A stretch of 64,000 bases of DNA from a virus (Duplodnaviria > Caudoviricetes). Below are positions 47,986 to 56,233 of this stretch, piece by piece. The notes beneath the pieces were generated by a model. It had not been told where the DNA came from. It made no database searches and saw nothing but the letters and a program-made list of their open reading frames with translations. Position numbers and translations under genes: made by a program. The stretch lies in the IMG/VR virus record IMGVR_UViG_3300031965_000012, positions 7,998-71,997 of that record, one strand, 5' to 3'. Each line of letters begins with the position of its first letter. Within the stretch, counting starts at the first letter, position 1.

Positions 47986-48333
47986 ATGACCCCTGAACGA
48001 TTTCAAGAAATAGTCAAAGAACTGCAAGTCAAGACCACCGATGTCTTGACCAAGAAAGCGATGGAGTACAGCAGAAACGGCGAAAGGTTCCACAATTTTG
48101 TCGTGGCCGGTCGCCGTTTAGGGTGTGACCCTATACAAGCTCTTATCGGCATGAAAGAGAAGCACAGTGTTTCCCTGGTTGACATGCTGGAAGATTTGAA
48201 GGACGGGAAGCTGCCAACCATTGCTATGCTTAATGAGAAGTTCGGTGACGAAATCAATTATCTGATCCTTGAATATGCCATGTTCAGAGAGAGGATTGAC
48301 GCTTCCCCAAAAGGTGCCGAAGCGGGTACATAA
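47986..48333 (+). CDS. Hypothetical helical phage protein (cassette B, second gene)
   Basis: AAGGAG RBS; KAMEYS..ERFHNF, KFGDEINYL; stop inside the box. Confidence 0.65.
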   Translation: MTPERFQEIVKELQVKTTDVLTKKAMEYSRNGERFHNFVVAGRRLGCDPIQALIGMKEKHSVSLVDMLEDLKDGKLPTIAMLNEKFGDEINYLILEYAMFRERIDASPKGAEAGT

Positions 48334-48450
48334 CGATAAAGCTCACCTGAAACATGGGAAACGAAACTATGATTGAAATGACGAAAACACCCACCGTGAT
48401 GGAACAAAGAGCAGCAGCCCCATGTTTTCAGGTGAAGCGCCTGGTTATGC
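48328..48450 (-). other. attC site 3 (123 bp)
   Basis: ACATAAC-GATAAA-GCTCACC-TGAAACATGGG...CCCATGTTTTCA-GGTGAAGC-GCCTG-GTTATGC. Confidence 0.88.
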
Positions 48451-48662
48451 CAAAAACACGGGGTTACACCGAAGCCCAGGCCATTGCAGGAGGGATGCAC
48501 TATTCTGACGATAAGCACTGCCCCGAGTGTGGGTGCCCATGGTACGGCAATAAAAACATGCTTGGTGATGGATCAAGGGTGTGTTGCGATTGCTATCAAG
48601 ATTGGTGGACAGATATTGTTTATACTATGGTGGCAGAAAGGCGAGAACTACCCGAGGCATAA
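48354..48662 (+). CDS. Cassette C Zn-finger-like hypothetical protein (frame opens inside attC3)
   Basis: CPECGC...CCDC; in-frame ATGs at 48354, 48369, 48378 and 48447. Confidence 0.6.
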   Translation: MGNETMIEMTKTPTVMEQRAAAPCFQVKRLVMPKTRGYTEAQAIAGGMHYSDDKHCPECGCPWYGNKNMLGDGSRVCCDCYQDWWTDIVYTMVAERRELPEA

Positions 48663-48746
48663 CGGCTTGATAACCCGACCGGGCCATTGAAGCCGCCCGG
48701 GAGGCCACCCCGAATTGCCCCGGTCGGGTTTATGAAATTGTTATGC
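48657..48746 (-). other. attC site 4 (90 bp)
   Basis: GCATAAC-GGCTTG-ATAACCC-GACCGGG...CCCGGTC-GGGTTTAT-GAAATT-GTTATGC. Confidence 0.85.
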
Positions 48747-48758
48747 AAGGAGAAGAAT

Positions 48759-48953
48759 ATGGCAAGGGCACGATTACATATCATTTGTGGGAATTGTGGG
48801 TGCAATGACGAGTGGAAATTGATTTTATCTCGTGACGGGGATGATATTACCAAAGAAGACCCTGAGTTTGAAGATGCAGCACGATTGCTATGCCGTAATT
48901 GCTCCACATTGCACAATCTGAAAGATTCGGCAAAAACGGTAGAGATTTTATAG
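48759..48953 (+). CDS. Cassette D Zn-ribbon-like hypothetical protein
   Basis: AAGGAG RBS; CGNCGC...CRNC. Confidence 0.65.
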   Translation: MARARLHIICGNCGCNDEWKLILSRDGDDITKEDPEFEDAARLLCRNCSTLHNLKDSAKTVEIL

Positions 48954-48955
48954 GA

Positions 48956-49041
48956 GCATAACGCTTTAACTCAGCGGCGGGCCAAAAGCGGAGGCTCAAA
49001 GCGCAAAAGTTATTCCCGTCCGCTGGAGTGCTTTGTTATGC
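48956..49041 (-). other. attC site 5 (86 bp)
   Basis: GCATAAC-GCTTTA-ACTCAGC-GGCGGG...CCCG-T-CC-GCTGGAGT-GCTTT-GTTATGC, canonical extrahelical T and G. Confidence 0.9.
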
Positions 49042-49238
49042 AAAATTTTGTATTTGTTTATGCCCTTAACGGTGATTACCGCTGTCTCGGAATTGATGCA
49101 GCACAGACAACCGGCAAGCAATTAATAAAAGAGGGCTGGAAGCACACAGCCACGTTAAATCCTGAAACATGGATGGAATTTTTTCTTAATGGCGACGAAA
49201 CGCGAAGATTTGAAGCGATTGAATCTATCTCTGCATAA
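49038..49238 (+). CDS. Cassette E hypothetical protein (ATG inside the attC5 box)
   Basis: GGAG at 49025-49028 within the attC; TAA inside the terminal GCATAAC box. Confidence 0.6.
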   Translation: MQNFVFVYALNGDYRCLGIDAAQTTGKQLIKEGWKHTATLNPETWMEFFLNGDETRRFEAIESISA

Positions 49239-49297
49239 CAGTGTCAATAAGTGGAAAACTTCTACATATCACGATATTAAACGTTAAAAGTGGAAAA
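49233..49297 (-). other. Terminal recombination box (attI-like site or attC remnant)
   Basis: GCATAAC without a pairing arm, followed by the direct repeat AAGTGGAAAA at 49249-49258 and 49288-49297. Confidence 0.45.
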
Positions 49298-49348
49298 TAT
49301 AACAGGGTGTTATCAGGGATAATAGTCAAGTTAATACCCACACATTTT

Positions 49349-49424
49349 TAAACCAGGCATAGCTTTTCCATGCTGAGCTATCCGTTGGGCACGGTGCTGA
49401 CAATAGTGTCGGTGGCCTGGTTTA
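49349..49424 (+). ncRNA. Candidate structured RNA, perfect four-way junction
   Basis: 10-bp closing stem TAAACCAGGC/GCCTGGTTTA with helices ATAGC/GCTAT, CCGT/ACGG and TGCTGACA/TGTCGGTG (G-U pairs favour the + strand). Confidence 0.5.
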
Positions 49425-49445
49425 TTTTTAAAGAGGGAGAAACTT

Positions 49446-49811
49446 ATGGTAAATAATGGAAGTATAGCTATCTATAGGGGACCAGTAACTATACAAAGCG
49501 ATCATACTGAGGTAAACGACTACTGGAAAGAAAACGACATAGAGAAGCCACAGCAAGTAGTGGTCTGTGCCGCTTGCAGGAGGGGTGATTTGATTATTGC
49601 CGGGGCCAGACATTTTGATAAAGTTATGCGATCCCAACTTAACCATATTTCTGTAAAACCACATGGTGAATGGGAAGAAGGTTTTATTGACCAATTTGGT
49701 GATTTCCTTACCCGCGTTGAAGCGATGAAAGTTGCTCTTGCCGCTGGTCAGAAAATTGATTTTAAAAGAAATGGTGACAAGGAAAAGCTTTATAGCGAAG
49801 GGCTTTATTAA
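49446..49811 (+). CDS. Conserved-looking phage hypothetical protein
   Basis: VVCAAC, IIAGARHFD, EGFIDQFGDFLTR.EA, LYSEGLY. Confidence 0.65.
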   Translation: MVNNGSIAIYRGPVTIQSDHTEVNDYWKENDIEKPQQVVVCAACRRGDLIIAGARHFDKVMRSQLNHISVKPHGEWEEGFIDQFGDFLTRVEAMKVALAAGQKIDFKRNGDKEKLYSEGLY

Positions 49812-50045
49812 AGGAGAGAAAATGAAAATAGAAGTAATATTGGCTTGTATTTTGCCGTACTTGTAACTTTCTTAATTGCGGTGGCATTATGCGAATATGG
49901 CCATAAAAATACAATCAAAAAAGCCTACAACGAGGAGGTGTGCCGAGGCGATCACCTGTATTATAAAGGTCTAGGAATAAAACTCACAGATTACGGTGCG
50001 CCGATAAGATGTGATGGAACGACTACCGATCTTGAGGAAACAAAA

Positions 50046-50084
50046 TAAACTTTTTCATAATTATTTTTAGGGAACTTAGTATAA
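50046..50084 (+). promoter_or_regulatory. Class-M promoter copy 3
   Basis: 39 bp identical to 28978-29016. Confidence 0.6.
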
Positions 50085-50311
50085 TATATAAATGAGATTA
50101 AAAATGAAATGAAATTGTATACGCATGAAAGTAAAGAAGATCCTAGAAATTGTGTCATTGTTTTGGCGAACGATAGAGAAATTGCTAAAAGAATGATACG
50201 AGAACAATTAAACCAAATAGGAGCAAAAAAAGAAAAAATAAACATAACTCAGGCGGTAAAACCTAGTAGGCAAATGGTTGTCTACGCAAATAAAGGAGAG
50301 GGAAAGAAACA

Positions 50312-50794
50312 ATGGATGAAAGAAATTATGAACAAGATATCTCAATTGATGTAAATAGTCTTGATCTCGAATGGAACCAGCAAGCATTTATTTTTGGGTA
50401 TTACTCAAAACAACTTGCAAAGGCTATTCGCAATGTGAATCGTGTTTGGGAAAAATTAAAAATCCGCCGGTCTGAATTAATTCAGGAATGCAGAGAAAAT
50501 GATCCTAAAGCCTCCGCCCCAGTAATGGAAGCATACTACCGCACGAATGAAGACCATCAAAAGCTAAAGCAGGATTTGTTTGATGCTGAATATGAAAGGG
50601 ATATTCTTCAAAATGCCGTATATGCCCTTAATCATAAAAAAGCGGCATTGGAAAAGTTGGTTATTCTCCACGGGCAGTCCTATTTTGCCGGTCCTGTAAT
50701 TCCAAATGATATTAATCGTACGTGGGAAAAGCAAGCAACCCCTGAAAAACTTGAGGAACGCAAAGAAAAACGAGCAAAGCGAAAAAGAAGTTAA
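50312..50794 (+). CDS. UvsY-like recombination mediator
   Basis: DISID..SLDLEW..Q, helical; lies before the SSB and RecA genes. Confidence 0.6.
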   Translation: MDERNYEQDISIDVNSLDLEWNQQAFIFGYYSKQLAKAIRNVNRVWEKLKIRRSELIQECRENDPKASAPVMEAYYRTNEDHQKLKQDLFDAEYERDILQNAVYALNHKKAALEKLVILHGQSYFAGPVIPNDINRTWEKQATPEKLEERKEKRAKRKRS

Positions 50795-50918
50795 ATGGAA
50801 CCCATTAAATTTTACATAGCGGCAATTATTGTTCCGCTTATCCTGTACCACGTTGTACGACTGATTAGTAGGGCGTGGCACAAAGAAAAATTCAAAATGC
50901 AATTGGAGGTATTACAGT

Positions 50919-51911
50919 ATGGCCAAAGCAAAGAAAGTGGATCGGAAAGAAGCAAGACGGCTGAAAGCAGAGGCGCGAAGGAAACGCCGTGAAAAACGGG
51001 AAAATAGAGGAGGTAGCAGCCTTTATAAAATTTCAGGGGGTGCCGAATACCTTGAGTTGAAAGACCGGATGAAACTTGATTTTATCCCGTTTATCGACAA
51101 AGAAGGAAATGTTCAATACACATTTGAATACATGATGCACCGTGAAGTTGGTCCGGAGGAGGTACGGGTTGTTTGTCCTAAAACATTTGGTCAGCGGTGC
51201 CCTATTTGTGAGGAAGTCGCTATGTTGTCCAAGAATTATAAGGAGAACAAAAAGACCATTGAGGCCCTACGGGCGAAATCACGCAATCTCTATAATGTTA
51301 TTGACACAGAGGATCGTGATAAGGGTGTTCAATTCCTTGATCAAAGTTATTTTCTTTTTGAGAAGCAGCTTGAGACTGAGCTGGAAGAGTACGGGGATGA
51401 GAGCCCAGAAATCGACTTTGATGATCCGTCAGGCGGAATGACTGTTGCCGTCCGTTTTGAGAAAAAGAAATTCAGTGATAATGAGTATTTTGAAGCTGAC
51501 CGGATTGACTTTATTGAACGTGATGAACAGTATGATGATGATATAATTGAGCAGGCTATTAAGCTCGATACCATCCTGATTGTCCATGAATATGAAAAAC
51601 TTGACGCCATTTTCCAGGGGATTGATACCCCTCATGAAGATGAAGAGCAAGAGGGGACAGAAAAAAAGGATAAAAAAGAGCCGGAACCTGAACCTGAACC
51701 TGAGGAAGAAGAAAAACCAAAACGGAAGCGAAATAAAAAAGAGCCGGAACCTGAACCTGAACCTGAGGAAGAAGAAGAGGAAGAGAAAGAAAGTAATCCC
51801 TGTCCAGAAGATTTCACTTTCGGCGTTGACTTTGGTAAGTATGACGAATGTGAAGATTGTTCAGAAGCCAAAGAGTGTAAAAAGGAGAAAAAACGGCTGA
51901 AAAAGAAATAA
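50919..51911 (+). CDS. gp32-like single-stranded DNA-binding protein
   Basis: HREVGPE, CPKTFGQRCPICE, RNLYNVID, acidic tail. Confidence 0.75.
   Translation: MAKAKKVDRKEARRLKAEARRKRREKRENRGGSSLYKISGGAEYLELKDRMKLDFIPFIDKEGNVQYTFEYMMHREVGPEEVRVVCPKTFGQRCPICEEVAMLSKNYKENKKTIEALRAKSRNLYNVIDTEDRDKGVQFLDQSYFLFEKQLETELEEYGDESPEIDFDDPSGGMTVAVRFEKKKFSDNEYFEADRIDFIERDEQYDDDIIEQAIKLDTILIVHEYEKLDAIFQGIDTPHEDEEQEGTEKKDKKEPEPEPEPEEEEKPKRKRNKKEPEPEPEPEEEEEEEKESNPCPEDFTFGVDFGKYDECEDCSEAKECKKEKKRLKKK
51670..51775 (+). repeat. 43-bp direct repeat (two copies) encoding KKEPEPEPEEE
   Basis: 51670-51712 equals 51733-51775. Confidence 0.9.
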
Positions 51912-52615
51912 ACAACCTTTACTTATAATTGATTTAAAACAACCCGCCTCTGGCCTTGCCATGCGGGTTAAGGCCGTGCGAGGTAATAGTTTTGAAATTC
52001 TTTTTAATTATTTCAAAATGAGGTGCCAAAATGATACAGGCCGGAGAAAGACCGGCAACTAACTAATCACCCTGAGTAGTAGGTATGGAACTAGAACAGC
52101 AGTATAGACTAGTGATGTGATATTGCTCAGGGTGATTTTTCAATTTATAAGGAGGGTATAAAAATGAATTTCACCGCTGATAAACTTATTGCCGCTTTTG
52201 ATAATTGTGAAAGTTCAGCAAGCTTTGAAATAGACGAAAATACTTTTGCAAAATTACGAACAATAAAAGATGGGGCTGGTCATTATATTATGCCGGGGTG
52301 TCTTATTTTTTTTAATTTACCAATAAAAATAGCAATTACAAATGAGGAATTATTTTGTCTACGTTATGACTTCAGTGATGGTACATTCATTCGTAAGGAT
52401 ATGCTTGCTGAACTACGTAAAATTGAGAATCAATAAGTAATCAGAAAGACATAAAGCCACGGGAGGCAAGTCACTATGAAAAAACATTGTAGAGAATGTG
52501 AAATGAAGGAAGTAGTCGCCATCATCAATAATCTCCCACAAATAATTATCTGTAATCTCGATGGAAAAACCAAAGCAGCAAATCAATTCTGTGACCAGGA
52601 AGGGGAAAAATAATC

Positions 52616-53680
52616 ATGGTAAAGCGTTCTAAAATAGTTGATCAAATTGTTGAAACCTCAAATAAACCAATCAAAAGAGAAAATTCCAAAATCAATAAAT
52701 CCCACCTTCTCCCGACCGGCTCCACTCTTCTTAATCTCGCTGGTTCTGATTCCCGGCATGGGGCAATGATCCCTGGACACTTATATAATTTCATCGGTGA
52801 TAGTAGTAGTGGAAAAACACTTGTCAGCCTTAATTGTTTAGCAGAGGCAAATATTAAGCCGTTTTTTGATGATTACGATTTCCACTATGATGATGTGGAA
52901 AGGGGGTGCGGTTTTGATATCGGAATGATGTTCAGTGAATCCCTTGAAAAACGCTTACAAGTCCATCACAGTGATACCATTGAGCAATGGCAGGATAATA
53001 TGACGGAGGTGGTGGCGGAAGGAAAGCCATTTATTTACATCCTTGATTCATATGATGCCCTTGATTCAGAAGAGGCGGAAAAGCAAAGGGAAGCTGAAAA
53101 GAAAGCCCGTGACAAAGGAAATGTGGTAAATGGTTCATATGGAATGGCTAAGACCAAAAAGACCCACGCCTTATTCCGCGATATTGTTGATAGCCTCGAC
53201 GAAATGAATTCCATCCTAATAATCATTTCCCAAACAAAAGATAATATTAATCCGATGTCATTTAAGAAAAAAACTAGGAATGCGGAAAACGCTTTAGAGT
53301 TTTTTAGTTCCCAGTGTATCTGGTTTGCTATGGCAGGCAAGGAACCCTCTAAAAATCGCATTATAGGCACGAAAACAAAAGCTAAGTACGATAAGAACCG
53401 TCTCACAGGAAAACGCCGTGAGGCTCAATTTTCCATCTTTAATGAGGATGGAATTGATGACCTGAGTTCATGTATTGAATTTTTGTTAGAAGAGAAGTGG
53501 TGGAATACTCGGAAATTAACTATCCTGGCAACAGAATTTGATATTGAAGCCACCAAGGCAAAACTAATTCAACATATTGAAGAGAATAATCTGGAGGATA
53601 AATTACGAAAGATTACCGAAAAATGCTGGGTACAGATTGAGGAATCCTTAAAGCGAAATAGGAAGAAACGCTATGCTTAA
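52616..53680 (+). CDS. RecA/UvsX-like recombinase
   Basis: LPTGSTLLNLA, GDSSSGKT, YDDVE, ILDSYDAL, ISQTK, ALEFFSS. Confidence 0.88.
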   Translation: MVKRSKIVDQIVETSNKPIKRENSKINKSHLLPTGSTLLNLAGSDSRHGAMIPGHLYNFIGDSSSGKTLVSLNCLAEANIKPFFDDYDFHYDDVERGCGFDIGMMFSESLEKRLQVHHSDTIEQWQDNMTEVVAEGKPFIYILDSYDALDSEEAEKQREAEKKARDKGNVVNGSYGMAKTKKTHALFRDIVDSLDEMNSILIIISQTKDNINPMSFKKKTRNAENALEFFSSQCIWFAMAGKEPSKNRIIGTKTKAKYDKNRLTGKRREAQFSIFNEDGIDDLSSCIEFLLEEKWWNTRKLTILATEFDIEATKAKLIQHIEENNLEDKLRKITEKCWVQIEESLKRNRKKRYA

Positions 53681-53849
53681 AAGATGGTGGAATTTATTGA
53701 TGAAGGGCTTTACCGAGCAGGGGAGTGAAATAGATTTATTTGTCAGTTTGTGTATTGGTATGCCAATATGGTTATGTTTTGCTGTTTTAGTATGGATCAT
53801 ATTGGATTGTGCTGTAAATTTTTAAAAAAAATAACAAAGGAGAACTACA

Positions 53850-54335
53850 ATGGATATTACCGCCGAATTACAAGCAGTGATCACAAAATCATTACCGGAG
53901 GCTACTGCTAACGAAATGAAAAGGTTTATTGAGGAAGCAAATGCCACATCAATAAATTTAGAGAAAGCAAATTATAAGATTGAAGAATTAAATTCACATG
54001 TTCAAAAAATGGAAAAGGAAATAAATAGGCTTAAAACCTTTGAACAAAAAGACGTTGATTTACAGATGAAAGAAAAGGCACTCGCCGCTAAAAGCTTAGA
54101 ACTTGAAGAAAAAGAAAGAAATCAAAAAATGGCTATCCTTGAGACAAAATTAGATATGGTAAATAAAGGGCAGGAGCAAATTGTGCGACTTGTTGAAAAA
54201 GTGTTTGGACACCCTTCCGTGACAGTATCAACAAGCCGTCAGGTCCAACAAAGGGTGGATGAGTATGGAAATCCTAGGTACCTCCCAACTGAGTATTTAA
54301 ATGATAGTACAGTAACCACCCAAAGTAAGGATTAA
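53850..54335 (+). CDS. Coiled-coil hypothetical protein
   Basis: AAGGAG RBS; heptad-rich. Confidence 0.55.
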   Translation: MDITAELQAVITKSLPEATANEMKRFIEEANATSINLEKANYKIEELNSHVQKMEKEINRLKTFEQKDVDLQMKEKALAAKSLELEEKERNQKMAILETKLDMVNKGQEQIVRLVEKVFGHPSVTVSTSRQVQQRVDEYGNPRYLPTEYLNDSTVTTQSKD

Positions 54336-54739
54336 ATTTTTATGCAACAATGTTCAAGATGCCATAGTTTTGCTTTAAATATCGCCCCTAAATCAGGGCT
54401 TTGTGATGTATGTTACTACAAATACCCTCTATTAAATTTATTGGCAATTTTACATCGTGATGGAGGACATTACACTGAAAAACATGGGGTTGATAAATCG
54501 GTAAAGGTGGCAATGAAAAAAGCCTCTAATTTAGTTGTAAAATAAAAGGAGATAAACATGAAAGACACGATACTGATTGAATTAGCAGCACGATGGGAAA
54601 GGGAAGCTGTTACACCTGATTGCCTGGATGTATCAGAAGAGGATGCAATAGGTGATTATATAGAACAGGGAAACCGGAAAGCGAAAAGAGAATGTGCTGA
54701 TACTTTAAGAATACTTGTCTCGATGCTTGGTGATTCATA

Positions 54740-55219
54740 ATGAAAAGAAGGCCAACCGCCACGTTATATATGGGAATAGATTTATCTCTCAGGGGAACAG
54801 GAATTTCCATTATTGATAAAGATAAAATAGTAAATCAATTTCTCATTTCCACGACACCAAAACAGGTGACAGAGGGACGGCTAATTGAGATTGGTGATAC
54901 CATTAAAAAAATACTCAAAAAATATCCCCCCATTTTAATTAATATTGAGGGGTTGGCATTTGGGGCGCGTGGGCAAAGAATGTTTGAACTCGCCGGATTG
55001 CACTATTATATCCGTATCATGGTTAAACAGTTGGAATATCCCTATATTGTTACTCCGCCAACAGAAGTGAAAAAATGGGTTACGGGGAAAGGGAATTGCA
55101 ATAAGGATGTAATGCTCATGAAAGTGTTTAAAAAATACGGAATTGAATTTACTGATAATAATTTATGTGACGCCTTTTGTTTAGCACGATACGGGGAGTT
55201 TATCAATGCGAAGAGGTAA
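54740..55219 (+). CDS. RuvC-like Holliday junction resolvase
   Basis: MGIDLSLRGTG, INIEG, VKKWVTGKGNCNK, NNLCDAFCLA. Confidence 0.85.
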   Translation: MKRRPTATLYMGIDLSLRGTGISIIDKDKIVNQFLISTTPKQVTEGRLIEIGDTIKKILKKYPPILINIEGLAFGARGQRMFELAGLHYYIRIMVKQLEYPYIVTPPTEVKKWVTGKGNCNKDVMLMKVFKKYGIEFTDNNLCDAFCLARYGEFINAKR

Positions 55220-55759
55220 GCCGAGGCAAAGAGGATTGCCAGCAACAGGTAAAAAAGTATTGAAATGGTATCATCGAAAAAAGAAATTTCCACCTGACGA
55301 TGAAACTATTTCTTGCGCTGTCTGGTATGCATTTTTTAATAAGCACCAGTATGTTGATGCTAAAACATTACGGGCAATGTATAGCAATTTAATACTGATG
55401 CCTGAGCTAAGACATGATAAAGACGATCCACGGACAAATCAACTATCACCATTATATACCGACCATTGGATGATAATTCCCCCGCCAAAGGAGAAGAAAT
55501 GAAATGGCGAAATTCACAACAAATAAAAAGTACGCTAAGAATCCATTCCCAAACTATCTAAAAATTAAGATTGATTTAGTTGAAGGGAAAATGGCTTATA
55601 AAATTTATCTATTTGATGAGAAAAATAAGTGTGAACTCGATCATGTTGTATTCCGTTTCAATTACCCATTTAATAAAAAACATGCTATTAAAAATGCTGA
55701 AAGGTACAAAAGTCAATTAATAATCAATTGCTGTTAAAACCAACCAGGGAGGAAGTAAA

Positions 55760-56233
55760 ATGTATTTAGGCGATAAAGTAAAAGATGTAATCGCAGGATT
55801 TGAAGGGGTTGTTGTAAGTTACACCAAGTATCTACATAACAGTGATACAGTAGGTGTTAGAAGCCAAGAATTAAAAGATGGCATGCCACAGGATCTTGTA
55901 TGGTTTGATACCCCTCAGTGTGAAGTTATTCAGGAAAAAGCAGTGCCATGCCTACTACCACTACCGGAATGTAATATTACGCTAGGAGATTTAGTACAGG
56001 ATACTATCACAGGGTATAAAGGCGTTGTTATTGGTATTACTCATTGGATCAATGGTTGTGTGAGAATTGGAATACAGTCAAAAGACAGAGATAAAGATAA
56101 TTCACCAGCACAACAAGAGTGGCCTCCCGCTGGACAAATTGAAGTAATCAAAAAAGTGAAGGAAGAAAAAGCCCCTGTCAGAACCGGTGGCCCTATGAGT
56201 CCACCAAAACAACAAGCAAACCCAAAATTTTAA
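55760..56233 (+). CDS. Hypothetical protein with two tandem SH3-like repeats
   Basis: LGDKVKDVIAGFEGVV and LGDLVQDTITGYKGVV. Confidence 0.6.
   Translation: MYLGDKVKDVIAGFEGVVVSYTKYLHNSDTVGVRSQELKDGMPQDLVWFDTPQCEVIQEKAVPCLLPLPECNITLGDLVQDTITGYKGVVIGITHWINGCVRIGIQSKDRDKDNSPAQQEWPPAGQIEVIKKVKEEKAPVRTGGPMSPPKQQANPKF

Larger units (their letters stand above)
47092..49238. mobile_element. Array of five attC-bounded gene cassettes with no integrase in the window (CALIN-like)
   Basis: Five hairpins with RYYYAAC/GTTRRRY ends spaced one or two ORFs apart, plus a sixth GCATAAC box. Confidence 0.85.

Noticed and set aside
47262-48916. Long minus-strand ORFs across the cassette array as the real cassette genes
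   Set aside because: No recognisable motifs or RBS; the + strand ORFs include a clear dCMP deaminase and have RBSs.
47086-49041. Hairpins as plain intrinsic terminators or a CRISPR array
   Set aside because: There are no U-tracts, ORFs start inside them, the arms differ in sequence, and only the AAC/GTT ends and L-box geometry are conserved.
47086-49041. Idea that shuffling gives cassette proteins new N-termini from the preceding attC
   Set aside because: With bottom-strand geometry on the + strand the crossover is at the left box, so the leader stays with its own ORF.
49349-49424. tRNA or permuted tRNA on the minus strand (TAGCTCAG..GG resembles a D-arm)
   Set aside because: No TTC T-loop, and the G-U pairs become A-C mismatches on that strand.
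51941-51990. HDV-like (theta) ribozyme or preQ1 riboswitch
   Set aside because: The minus strand has CCTCGCACGG resembling P3/L3, but I found no P1 partner or J4/2; preQ1 consensus elements are absent.
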